A stretch of 64,000 nt of DNA from the IMG/VR virus record IMGVR_UViG_3300010885_011653, positions 29,447 to 93,446 of that record. One strand, 5' to 3'. Below, in pieces: positions 48,827 to 57,735 of the stretch; position 1 is the stretch's first letter; each line of letters starts with the position of its first letter. The translations under genes and the position numbers were made by a program. Below the pieces are notes generated by a model. That model did no database searches and was not told the origin of the DNA. It saw nothing but the letters and a program-made list of their open reading frames with translations. The stretch is from a virus.

Positions 48827-49440
48827 ACAGAGAAATGATGAAGAAAGTCAATGCCGAAGCCGGTAAACCTGTATATTCTGAAGAAGCAATGAAATTATTC
48901 CAAAGTGGTGCCGCTGGTACTATTATTGCAAATGTACAAAAAGCCGGCGGCGGCCTGATTGTCAAATCATTAAAAGATTTAAATGTAAATGATTTAAAAG
49001 AAGGTATGTTGCTGGGACAACATGTACCCGAGTGGACTGGTAAAAAGTCAGGCAGCGGGACAATGGGTGGAGGCATACAACATATTGCCCAAGTAGTCAA
49101 AGGCCCAGACGGACAATTATATATTTCTGAATCAGGCGGCATGGGAGCAGAAGGGCGTGGCGCACATTTAAAATCAATTAAAGAATGGCAAGGTTTACAA
49201 CCTAAGAGTTCAGAATTTTCTATTACCGATCCGACACAACTAGCTAAACGTGCAGGCGGTGGACCTGTGCTAGTGGGAGAAAACGGCCCTGAAATCCTAA
49301 GCGGTGATGGTAGAATGGTAACATCTACAGCCGCTACTAACGCAATCTTTACCACTATGAATGATACATTAATGGAAGTTTTATCGGTATTAAAATCGTC
49401 CAAGAGTATTTCGGAAAATATCTTACAAGCCACTGCTTAA
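48742..49440 (+). CDS. Tape measure C-terminal part with NlpC/P60-like peptidase domain
   Basis: YKWGG...GIDCSG (catalytic Cys), QHIA (His), ISES, and the tape-measure-type tail motif RAGGGPVLVGENGPE. Confidence 0.7.
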   Translation: MANYKWGGGHGADSGLSGIDCSGWILHLNREMMKKVNAEAGKPVYSEEAMKLFQSGAAGTIIANVQKAGGGLIVKSLKDLNVNDLKEGMLLGQHVPEWTGKKSGSGTMGGGIQHIAQVVKGPDGQLYISESGGMGAEGRGAHLKSIKEWQGLQPKSSEFSITDPTQLAKRAGGGPVLVGENGPEILSGDGRMVTSTAATNAIFTTMNDTLMEVLSVLKSSKSISENILQATA

Positions 49441-49446
49441 ACATTG

Positions 49447-49453
49447 GTAAATA
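49447..49453 (+). promoter_or_regulatory. Late promoter GTAAATA
   Basis: About 18 bp upstream of portal ATG 49471. The same motif occurs at 51185-51191 and 51499-51505 upstream of the next two genes. Confidence 0.6.
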
Positions 49454-49470
49454 TACAAACAGAGAAAACT

Positions 49471-51174
49471 ATGGCCGGTTGGAAAAAATATTTTAAAACA
49501 AGTAACTTACCAAGTAACGTAAGCCCAATGGGCAATGGACGTTTAAGCGATCCTGGTTATCGTAACTACCAAAGTCAGTTACCAGAAGTCTACACAGGAC
49601 AACCAAATCGTGTTGAGCGATACAATCAATACGAACAAATGGACATGGATTCAGAAGTTAATGCGGCTCTGGATATCTTAGCTGAGTTCTGTACACAAAA
49701 GAACCTGGAAAATCACACAGCGTTTACTGTTAAGTTTAAAGAAAAGCCCAGCGATAACGAAGTTCGTATTATCAATGAACAGTTACAGCAATGGGTAGCA
49801 CTCAATGAACTAAACAAGAGAATCTTTAAAATTGTACGCAACGTATTCAAATACGGCGATCAAGTGTTTATTCGTGATCCGGAAAACTTTAAGTTATTCT
49901 GGACAGAAATGTCAAAAGTTACCAAAGTTATTGTTAACGAAGGCGAAGGTAAAAAGCCCGAGCAGTACTTGATCAAAGACCTAAATCCAAACTTTGAGAA
50001 CTTGACAGTTACAGCAGTGGCTACAACAGACACCTATGTAAACCACCCACAAACAGGCGGTCCTAGCGGTGCTTATGTACAACCACAAGCACCATTTGGC
50101 GGTGGATCTCGTTTTAGTAAAGCACAAAACGAAGCCGCAATTAACGCAGAACACGTGGTACATATGAGCCTAACAGAAGGCCTAGATGTATATTGGCCAT
50201 TTGGTAACTCGGTATTAGAAAACATTTTTAAAGTATTCAAACAAAAAGAATTGTTGGAAGATAGTATTATTATCTATCGTGTACAACGTGCTCCAGAACG
50301 TCGTGTGTTTAAAATTGACGTGGGTAACATGCCAAGTCACATGGCAATGGCCTTTGTTGAACGTATCAAAAACGAAATACATCAGCGTCGCATTCCTAGC
50401 CAAACAGGCTCAGGCGGCAACAACATGATGGATGCCACATACAATCCATTAAGCCAAAACGAAGACTACTTCTTCCCTGTAACAGCAGATGGCCGTGGAT
50501 CCAGTGTAGATGTATTCCCCGGGGGTCAAAACCTAGGTGAAATCACAGACTTACGCTTCTTTACCAACAAGTTATTTCGAGGTTTACGTATTCCCAGTAG
50601 CTACTTGCCTACCACAGCCGAAGACGGTAGTCAAGCATATACAGATGGTCGTGTAGGTACAGCACTTATACAAGAATGGCGTTTTAATCAATACTGTCAG
50701 CGTTTACAGTCAATGATTGCAGACAAGCTAGATGCTGAGTTTAAACTATTCATGCGTTGGAGAGGCTTTAATATTGATGGAAGTCTGTTTGATCTATCAT
50801 TTAATGAACCACAAAACTTTGCACAGTATCGTCAAGCTGACATTGATGCGGCTCGTATTGCTACATTTACACAGTTAGAACCATTGCCTTACTTCTCTAA
50901 GCGTTGGTTGATGAAGCGTTACTTGGGCATGACTGAGCAAGAGCTAAGTGAAAACGAAACAGCCTGGGCCGAAGAACGCGGCGACACAGAGCTGGCACAG
51001 CCTGAAGCACCAAGTATACGTGGCGTGGGCATTAGCCCCGGTGGTGTACAAAGTGACTTGGAAGGACTTGGGCCAGACGTAGGTGCAGGTGCAGAAATGG
51101 GCGGCCCAGAAGCAGGTGGCCCTGCAGCCTCTCCGGCTGGCCCTGGTGCTCCGGCTGGTGGCCCAGCACTTTAA
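49471..51174 (+). CDS. gp20: Portal vertex protein
   Basis: YEQMDMDSEVNAALD, LLEDSIIIYRVQRAPERRVFKIDVGNMP, EDYFFP, GGQNLGE, LRIPSS. ATG 49471 is preferred over the track start at 49444. Confidence 0.95.
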   Translation: MAGWKKYFKTSNLPSNVSPMGNGRLSDPGYRNYQSQLPEVYTGQPNRVERYNQYEQMDMDSEVNAALDILAEFCTQKNLENHTAFTVKFKEKPSDNEVRIINEQLQQWVALNELNKRIFKIVRNVFKYGDQVFIRDPENFKLFWTEMSKVTKVIVNEGEGKKPEQYLIKDLNPNFENLTVTAVATTDTYVNHPQTGGPSGAYVQPQAPFGGGSRFSKAQNEAAINAEHVVHMSLTEGLDVYWPFGNSVLENIFKVFKQKELLEDSIIIYRVQRAPERRVFKIDVGNMPSHMAMAFVERIKNEIHQRRIPSQTGSGGNNMMDATYNPLSQNEDYFFPVTADGRGSSVDVFPGGQNLGEITDLRFFTNKLFRGLRIPSSYLPTTAEDGSQAYTDGRVGTALIQEWRFNQYCQRLQSMIADKLDAEFKLFMRWRGFNIDGSLFDLSFNEPQNFAQYRQADIDAARIATFTQLEPLPYFSKRWLMKRYLGMTEQELSENETAWAEERGDTELAQPEAPSIRGVGISPGGVQSDLEGLGPDVGAGAEMGGPEAGGPAASPAGPGAPAGGPAL

Positions 51175-51196
51175 TTAAAAAAGGGTAAATAGTACT

Positions 51197-51430
51197 ATGC
51201 ATATCATGGAATTGTTCGACCCAGCACCCAGAGGCTATTATGATGAAAAAGCGGATCAAAGTACGCTTAAAAAGTCAGATAGCCGCAAAACACGACTAAC
51301 TCTAGCACACTTAAATCAGCTTAGACAAAGCCACGATGTACGTAAACTAGAGCATGAAAAAAAGCTAGAAGCTGTAGCTAAACAGTACACACCAGCCCCA
51401 GAAGGCGGTGCAGGCGGCATCGGAATTTAA
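51197..51430 (+). CDS. Small head-module protein
   Basis: 77 aa, RKTRLTL motif, located between portal and core genes with its own late promoter. Confidence 0.7.
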   Translation: MHIMELFDPAPRGYYDEKADQSTLKKSDSRKTRLTLAHLNQLRQSHDVRKLEHEKKLEAVAKQYTPAPEGGAGGIGI

Positions 51431-51537
51431 CAATTCTGGTATATCTTTTCTAAATCCTTCAAAAAACCCCCATTTAACCTTAATATACGTAGTTTTGTGT
51501 AAATAAACTTACAAAGCCAACTTATTAAGGAGTTCTC

Positions 51538-52533
51538 ATGAACAAGTTTGAAAAACTAATTGAATACATCATTAACGATGAAGATCAAAAAGCTCGTGAA
51601 TTATTTCACGACATCGTAGTAGAAAAATCCCGCGACATTTATGAATCTATCATGGACGAAGAGTCTATGGAAGAAACAGTTGCTGGCGAGCAAGTAGAAG
51701 ACATGGTTGATGCGGTAGGTGAAGAAGAATCAACCATGGAAGCCGACGAAGACGGCGAAGAAGAATTTGACTTAGATGGAGAAGAAGACGGCGAAGTTGC
51801 TGGCGATTTCCCAGCTGACGGTGGCGAAGAGCCAGCAGGCGAAGAAGATCAGATCATGAACATCGATGCCAAGTTAGACGAGCTATTAGCTAAGTTTGAC
51901 GAAATCATGGGTGCTGATGACATGGGTGCCAACGACATGGGCGGTGATGACATGGACGATATGGGCGGTGATGACATGGGCGATGATATGGGCGCAGAAG
52001 AAGAGCCAGAAATGTTTGAAGCTAAAGCAACATCAGGTAAGTCTGGTAACCCGTTTGCTAAAGGTTCTGCAGTATCAGGCAAGAGTGGTTCAGCAGCTTC
52101 TGGTAAATCTGGTTCTGCCGCATCAGGTAAATCTGGTAAAAGTGGCAAGCCATTTGAAGGCCGCCAATCTGCAAGCGAACTAATGCGTGAATACGTTGAC
52201 AAGATTCAGGATATGAACTTGTTAGGTGCTAGCGAAGGCGATGCTGTTGGTGCAACAGGTAAGAAAACCAGCGTAAATGCCAAGTCTATTACTGGTCCCG
52301 GTGCTGACTTTGGTGGTAACGTTATTAAGCGCACTGGCGCAGACTGCGATACTCCAGATGGTACAAGTGCTCCAAGCGCAGACAAGCCAGAACAAATCAA
52401 ATCTGGTAACATCAATGTTCCAGGTGGAAAAGCTGGTAACTCGTTTAAAACTAAAGAAGCAGCTAAGTCAGGCGAAGGTCAAACTACCGATGGTAGCGTA
52501 CCTACAAACGACAAGAGCCCAGTTCGTAAATAA
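51538..52533 (+). CDS. Acidic prohead core protein (gp67/gp68-like position)
   Basis: ARELFHDIVVEKSR N-terminus, very acidic low-complexity middle, Shine-Dalgarno AAGGAG, located before the protease. Confidence 0.65.
   Translation: MNKFEKLIEYIINDEDQKARELFHDIVVEKSRDIYESIMDEESMEETVAGEQVEDMVDAVGEEESTMEADEDGEEEFDLDGEEDGEVAGDFPADGGEEPAGEEDQIMNIDAKLDELLAKFDEIMGADDMGANDMGGDDMDDMGGDDMGDDMGAEEEPEMFEAKATSGKSGNPFAKGSAVSGKSGSAASGKSGSAASGKSGKSGKPFEGRQSASELMREYVDKIQDMNLLGASEGDAVGATGKKTSVNAKSITGPGADFGGNVIKRTGADCDTPDGTSAPSADKPEQIKSGNINVPGGKAGNSFKTKEAAKSGEGQTTDGSVPTNDKSPVRK
51910..52150 (+). repeat. Low-complexity coding repeats (DDMG units and SGKSG units)
   Basis: MGADDMGANDMGGDDMDDMGGDDMGDDMG followed by SGKSG...SGKSGSAASGKSGSAASGKSGKSGK. 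Confidence 0.85.
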
Positions 52534-52546
52534 TTAGGAACTACAA

Positions 52547-53179
52547 ATGGCTTTGTACCTAAAAGAGAATCTTACATTTGATCGGGCAGGTTTGATTGTT
52601 GAATCTGTTGACGAAAACGGTAAGAAGACTCTAAAAATGGAAGGGATATTCATCGAAGGAGGCGTAAGAAACGCTAACGAACGTGTATATCCCGTTCATG
52701 AAATTGAAAAAGCAGTTAATGTTATTAACAAGCAAATCAATGAAGGGTACAGCGTTTTGGGAGAAGTAGATCACCCAGATGACCTAAAAATCAATTTAGA
52801 CCGTGTTAGCCACATGATTGAAAAAATGTGGATGGATGGACCAACAGGTCGTGGAAAATTAAAGGTATTGCCAACTCCAATGGGACAACTAGTAGAAGCC
52901 ATGATTACATCAGGCGTTAAACTAGGTGTTAGTTCACGTGGATCTGGTAATGTTAATGAAGGAAGTGGACACGTTAGCGATTTTGAAATCGTTACCGTTG
53001 ACATCGTAGCACAACCTAGTGCTCCTCATGCATATCCTAAAGCCATTTACGAAGGGCTTATGAACATGCGTGGTGGTGCTAAGGTATTTGAAACGGCACG
53101 TGAAGCCGCTCAAGATCAAAAAGTACAGAAGTACCTGAAAGAAGGCATTGCTGCCTTGATCAAAGATTTAAAATTATAG
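52547..53179 (+). CDS. gp21: Prohead protease
   Basis: GIFIEGGVRNANERVYP, LGEVDHP (His), LGVSSRG (Ser), DIVAQPSAP. Confidence 0.93.
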   Translation: MALYLKENLTFDRAGLIVESVDENGKKTLKMEGIFIEGGVRNANERVYPVHEIEKAVNVINKQINEGYSVLGEVDHPDDLKINLDRVSHMIEKMWMDGPTGRGKLKVLPTPMGQLVEAMITSGVKLGVSSRGSGNVNEGSGHVSDFEIVTVDIVAQPSAPHAYPKAIYEGLMNMRGGAKVFETAREAAQDQKVQKYLKEGIAALIKDLKL

Positions 53180-53191
53180 GAGAAATATCCA

Positions 53192-54307
53192 ATGTTAGAT
53201 GCTAACAAACCATTGTTGGATAACGGAATTATTAACGAAGAAACTCGTACTGCTATTGCTGAAGCATGGGAAACCAGAATTGTTGAAGCAAAAGAACAGG
53301 TACGTGCAGAACTACGTGAAGAATTTGCACAACGTTATTCACATGACAAACAAGTTATGGTTGAAGCTCTTGACAAAATGGTTACCGAGTCTCTCACTGC
53401 TGAACTTCAAGAGTTTGCAGACGAAAAACAAAAATTAGCTGAAGACCGTGTTAAGTTTAAACAACACATGTCAGAAAGCGCAGGCAAGTTCAACGACTTC
53501 ATGGTTGCAAAACTAAGTGAAGAAATTAAAGAACTTCGTGCAGATCGTAAAGTATACGAGCAAGCGATTGCTAAGTTAGAAAACTTTACTATCCGTGCTT
53601 TAGCAGAAGAAATCAAAGAGTTTGAAGCAGACAAGAAAGCCGTAGTGGAAACTAAGGTTCGTTTGGTTGCTGAAGGTAAAGCTAAACTAGCCGAACTACA
53701 AGCTAAATTTGTTGCTCAATCTGCTGCCGCAGTTAAAGAGGCTGTTACCAGTTCGTTAGAGTCAGAGTTGACTCAACTAAAAGAAGATATCCAAATTGCT
53801 CGCGAGAACATGTTTGGTCGTCGTCTATTCGAAGCATTCGCAAGCGAATTTGCAGGTACTCACTTAAATGAGAACAAGCAGATCCGTGAGTTACAAGCTA
53901 CTGTAAGTACTGTAACCGCTAAACTTTCTGAAGCAGTTCATAAAGTTGAAGAAAAGAAAGCTCTAGTTGAATCAAAAGAAACAGAAATCAAGATTATCAA
54001 AGAGTCAGCAGAACGCAAGGAACGTCTTGCAGAAATGTTGAAGCCTTTGAATAAAGAGAAGTCGGCAATTATGCGTGACTTACTCGAAAGTGTGCAAACT
54101 GATAAACTTCAGAATGCATATGAAAAGTATCTACCAGCAGTTCTAAACAACTCATCGGTTACTACACCAGCCCCAAAAGCTAGCGTTTTGACAGAGAGCC
54201 GTAAAGAAGTTACTGGCGATAAAACTGCTAAAACTGCCGTTAAATCCACACAGACAGAGTCATTGAACAATGTCTATGAGATCAAACGTTTAGCAGGGCT
54301 TAAATAA
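53192..54307 (+). CDS. gp22: Prohead core scaffold protein
   Basis: Long E/K/A coiled coil between protease and major capsid genes; C-terminal IKRLAGL. Confidence 0.8.
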   Translation: MLDANKPLLDNGIINEETRTAIAEAWETRIVEAKEQVRAELREEFAQRYSHDKQVMVEALDKMVTESLTAELQEFADEKQKLAEDRVKFKQHMSESAGKFNDFMVAKLSEEIKELRADRKVYEQAIAKLENFTIRALAEEIKEFEADKKAVVETKVRLVAEGKAKLAELQAKFVAQSAAAVKEAVTSSLESELTQLKEDIQIARENMFGRRLFEAFASEFAGTHLNENKQIRELQATVSTVTAKLSEAVHKVEEKKALVESKETEIKIIKESAERKERLAEMLKPLNKEKSAIMRDLLESVQTDKLQNAYEKYLPAVLNNSSVTTPAPKASVLTESRKEVTGDKTAKTAVKSTQTESLNNVYEIKRLAGLK

Positions 54308-54331
54308 ACCCTAAAAGGAAAAGGAAATATC

Positions 54332-55510
54332 ATGACACAAGCATTATTAGAAAGCCGTTGGGGCGAAACCAAAGATGCCCTGCTAGAAGGCTTACAAGGT
54401 TCTAAGCGCACCACAATGGGTGTAATCTTAGAAAACACTCGCAAGATGTTGGCAGAAAATGCAACTGGCGGTGCAACACAAGCTGGTAACGTAGCTACAC
54501 TTAACCGTGTAATTCTACCTGTTATCCGTCGCGTTATGCCTACAGTTATTGCTAACGAAATCGTTGGTGTACAACCAATGACAGGTCCAGTAGCTCAGAT
54601 CCACACATTACGTGTACGTTATGCTGATTCAGTAACTGATTCAAGCTCATACGGTACAAGTACTACAGCTGGTGACGAGGCATTGAGCCCATTCAAGATT
54701 GCTGTTGCTTACTCAGGTAGCGCAACAACAGGTCAAGCTACAAGCACATCTACACTTGAAGGTGTTGCAGGTAACAAGATCAACGTTCAAATCTTGAAAC
54801 AAGTAGTAGAAGCTAAGACACGTAAGTTGTCAGCTCGTTGGACATTTGAAGCCGCTCAAGACGCACAGTCTATGCACGGTTTGGATGTTGAAGCTGAGAT
54901 CATGGCTGCTTTAGCACAAGAAATTACAGTTGAGATTGATCAAGAGATCCTAGGTTCACTACGTGCTCTTGCCGCAACTGACTATGCATACGATCAAGCA
55001 TCTGTATCAGGTACAGCTACATTCGTTGGTGACGAGCATGCCGCTTTGGCAGTTCTAATCAATCGTACAGCTAACTTGATCGCTCAACGTACACGTCGTG
55101 GCGCTGGTAACTGGGCTGTTGTTTCTCCAGCTAGTTTAACAGTTCTACAAAGTGCTACAACAAGCGCATTTGCTCGTACAACAGAAGGTACATTCGAAGC
55201 TCCTACAAACACCAAGTTTGTTGGTACATTGAACGGTGCAATGAAGGTTTATGTTGACGGTTATGCAAACGACAGCCAATCAGTTCTAGTTGGTTATAAA
55301 GGTTCTAGCGAGGCTGATGCAGCCGCGTTCTATTGCCCATATATCCCTCTAATGAGCTCTGGTGTTGTTCTTGATCCAAGCACATTCGAACCAGTAGTTT
55401 CGTTTATGACACGTTATGGTTACGTGGAATTGACAAACACAGCGTCATCTTTAGGTAACGCCGGTGACTACGTTGGTGAGATCAGTGTATCGAACTTATC
55501 TTTCCAATAA
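54332..55510 (+). CDS. gp23: Major capsid protein
   Basis: PVIRRVMP.VIANEIVGVQPMTGP, VEAKTRKLSARWTFEAAQD, AEIMAALAQEITVEIDQE, FYCPYIPL, FMTRYG. Confidence 0.96.
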   Translation: MTQALLESRWGETKDALLEGLQGSKRTTMGVILENTRKMLAENATGGATQAGNVATLNRVILPVIRRVMPTVIANEIVGVQPMTGPVAQIHTLRVRYADSVTDSSSYGTSTTAGDEALSPFKIAVAYSGSATTGQATSTSTLEGVAGNKINVQILKQVVEAKTRKLSARWTFEAAQDAQSMHGLDVEAEIMAALAQEITVEIDQEILGSLRALAATDYAYDQASVSGTATFVGDEHAALAVLINRTANLIAQRTRRGAGNWAVVSPASLTVLQSATTSAFARTTEGTFEAPTNTKFVGTLNGAMKVYVDGYANDSQSVLVGYKGSSEADAAAFYCPYIPLMSSGVVLDPSTFEPVVSFMTRYGYVELTNTASSLGNAGDYVGEISVSNLSFQ

Positions 55511-55573
55511 TCAAGACAGAACTTGATTTAACGAAAGTTAAAACCAAAATCAACCCAGGGATGGGAAGGCAGG

Positions 55574-55601
55574 AAAGCACACCTATTAGGTGTGCTTTTT
55601 T
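55574..55601 (+). terminator. Intrinsic terminator after the major capsid gene
   Basis: AAAGCACACCT-ATT-AGGTGTGCTTT followed by a T run. Confidence 0.85.
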
Positions 55602-55612
55602 GTTGACTGTAG

Positions 55613-55620
55613 CATAAATA
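55613..55620 (+). promoter_or_regulatory. Late promoter CATAAATA
   Basis: Immediately after the terminator, 78 nt upstream of ATG 55699. Confidence 0.65.
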
Positions 55621-55698
55621 GTATTGTTCGCTTGTAATGAGTAACTCTCGGAGCACCACTTCGGGTAGCCTAGAACGCTATTTAAAGGAGAAAATAAA

Positions 55699-56349
55699 AT
55701 GGCAAAATTAAAAATTACAAACACAGATTCAAGCGGTCAAATTCATGATCGTTACACAAGTCAACAGTATATCAACGGTGCATACGTTGGTGGCACAGGT
55801 GGCTCAACAAGTCAAATTGGCAGTCAAATTCAAGGTCAGGTGTTTGTTCCTGGCGGTAGCTCAACAACAGGTTCTATCCTGGCACAAAAAGGTCGTAAGG
55901 CTTTCCGTGTTACTGATGGCACAAATACCGGTGAGTGCAGTTTAGTAAACAGCGCAAGTCCAACATCGGGTCAAATGAATATTCTAGTAACATTGAATAA
56001 TTCAACAGCGGCTATTGCGGCAGCTAACGTAGCTGGTGGCGCAACAAGCACAACAGTTACATTTTCAAGTGTAACTGGTCCAGTGTCTCTTCCACGTGTA
56101 GGCGACTATTTAAATTTTGGTACCGCACCAAGTGGTAATATTACCGGATTTGCTCAAGTTACTGCAATGAGCGGTAGTACAGCAACTATTACTACTACTG
56201 GTAACGTTTCTGCATCTAGTGTATCAACTGGCGTCTGCACATACGCTAGCCGTATCAGCAACAAGTTTGTACATGACTATAGTGTTACTAAATACCGTTA
56301 TCATTTAGCAACACCCGATAGCACATTTGTTCAAGTTCAATACGCTTAA
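55699..56349 (+). CDS. Virion structural protein (probable head decoration)
   Basis: Strong Shine-Dalgarno AAGGAG, own promoter and terminator, S/T/G-rich, directly after the capsid gene. Confidence 0.55.
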   Translation: MAKLKITNTDSSGQIHDRYTSQQYINGAYVGGTGGSTSQIGSQIQGQVFVPGGSSTTGSILAQKGRKAFRVTDGTNTGECSLVNSASPTSGQMNILVTLNNSTAAIAAANVAGGATSTTVTFSSVTGPVSLPRVGDYLNFGTAPSGNITGFAQVTAMSGSTATITTTGNVSASSVSTGVCTYASRISNKFVHDYSVTKYRYHLATPDSTFVQVQYA

Positions 56350-56367
56350 TTTAACCTAAGCAAAATC

Positions 56368-56392
56368 AAAAAGCGGCTTCGGCCGCTTTTTT
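56368..56392 (+). terminator. Intrinsic terminator
   Basis: AAAAAGCGGC-TTCG-GCCGCTTTTTT with a cUUCGg tetraloop. Confidence 0.9.
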
Positions 56393-56416
56393 ATTGAAAC
56401 CGCTATTTTATATAAA

Positions 56417-56424
56417 GATAAATA
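56417..56424 (+). promoter_or_regulatory. Late promoter GATAAATA
   Basis: 21 bp upstream of ATG 56446. Confidence 0.65.
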
Positions 56425-56445
56425 CTACTAAATTAAGGTTTTGTA

Positions 56446-56973
56446 ATGTCTACTGTAAAGAATATACCGGAACTATATACCGTTAACGTGCCTCAAATGA
56501 CTGTTAACGGTAATTTAACGGTTACTGGAAATAGTACCAACGTATACACTGATAATCTTAGCGTGGCTGACAATATCGTCACAATCAATGCCGGTGAAGC
56601 AGGTGCTGGTGTTAGCTTGGTTTATGCTGGACTTGAAGTAGATAGAGGTAGTTTAGCAAACGTACAATTACGATGGGACGAAACCTACGATCGTTGGCAA
56701 CTTAGCAATGATGGAACTACATACGCAAACATATCCACTACCAGTGGATCTGGTAGTGCATTAACAGCAGTAGTACAAGATACCGCCCCGGTACTTGGTG
56801 GCAATTTAGATATAACAGGCCGTACAATTTATAGCAGTAACGGTAGTGTACAAATTTTTGCCAATGCTGCCAGCAGTGGTGGATCGGGGGTGTACGTAAC
56901 CAACACAGACACAACAGGAGCCGAATTGGTTACTAAAGCCAAAGCGGTTGCTTATAGCATTGTATTCGGATAG
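56446..56973 (+). CDS. Fibre-like structural protein
   Basis: GNLTVTGN...DNIVTIN...AGLEVDRG...LRWDE and DTAPVLGGNLD fibre motifs. Confidence 0.65.
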   Translation: MSTVKNIPELYTVNVPQMTVNGNLTVTGNSTNVYTDNLSVADNIVTINAGEAGAGVSLVYAGLEVDRGSLANVQLRWDETYDRWQLSNDGTTYANISTTSGSGSALTAVVQDTAPVLGGNLDITGRTIYSSNGSVQIFANAASSGGSGVYVTNTDTTGAELVTKAKAVAYSIVFG

Positions 56974-56981
56974 GAACAAAA

Positions 56982-57296
56982 ATGGCAATTAATAACGTAG
57001 CACTAACAACTACCGCGGCAAACATATTTGTCAATACATCCGGTACTAGTGCAATCACCACAATTCATTTGTGCAATTATTCTTCAGGTGCAGTAACAGC
57101 AAATATCTATGCTGTGCCAGCCGGTAGTATTGCAGGATCAAGTACTATCATTTATAGTAACGTTACTATTACCAGTGACAACACATTAATTATTAATGCT
57201 GAAAAATTTATTTTAGGATCAGCGGGCGACAGAATTATGGCCAATGTTAGCGCAAACAGTACAACAACAGCTACAGTAAGCTCAATTGGAATTTAA
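56982..57296 (+). CDS. Small structural protein
   Basis: 104 aa, beta-rich, within the late operon. Confidence 0.65.
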   Translation: MAINNVALTTTAANIFVNTSGTSAITTIHLCNYSSGAVTANIYAVPAGSIAGSSTIIYSNVTITSDNTLIINAEKFILGSAGDRIMANVSANSTTTATVSSIGI

Positions 57297-57298
57297 CA

Positions 57299-57727
57299 AT
57301 GGCTAGATTTTTAAAGAATCCAGACTTGGCACCAGGTAGCTTAGCCGCTAGACTGCCAATTACTACCAGCTCACTTAGTGATGCTCCGGTTACCGGTCTA
57401 ATCAGATTCAACAGCACCAACAACAGAATTGAATTTTATTATAATGGTGCTTGGAATCAAGTGGCCAAGATTGGTACAGTTCCTTTAGTAGTTGACTCAT
57501 TCCAAGGCAACGGAACAAACACAGACTTTACAATGACACAAGTTGAAAGCGAAGCAAAATCAATTGCAGTATTCATTGGCGGCGTTTATCAACAACCAAA
57601 TATTAATTATACTGTAAATAGCACAACGACAATTACATTTACGTCGGCACCTCCTTTGTATGTGGGCTCAAGTCCTGTACAGGTTAATGTAATACACAAT
57701 CTCAACAGCACTAACGCAACGGCATAG
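57299..57727 (+). CDS. Structural protein
   Basis: GLIRFNSTNNRIEFY and VFIGGVYQQP...ITFTSAPP motifs. Confidence 0.65.
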   Translation: MARFLKNPDLAPGSLAARLPITTSSLSDAPVTGLIRFNSTNNRIEFYYNGAWNQVAKIGTVPLVVDSFQGNGTNTDFTMTQVESEAKSIAVFIGGVYQQPNINYTVNSTTTITFTSAPPLYVGSSPVQVNVIHNLNSTNATA

Positions 57728-57735
57728 GAGACAGA

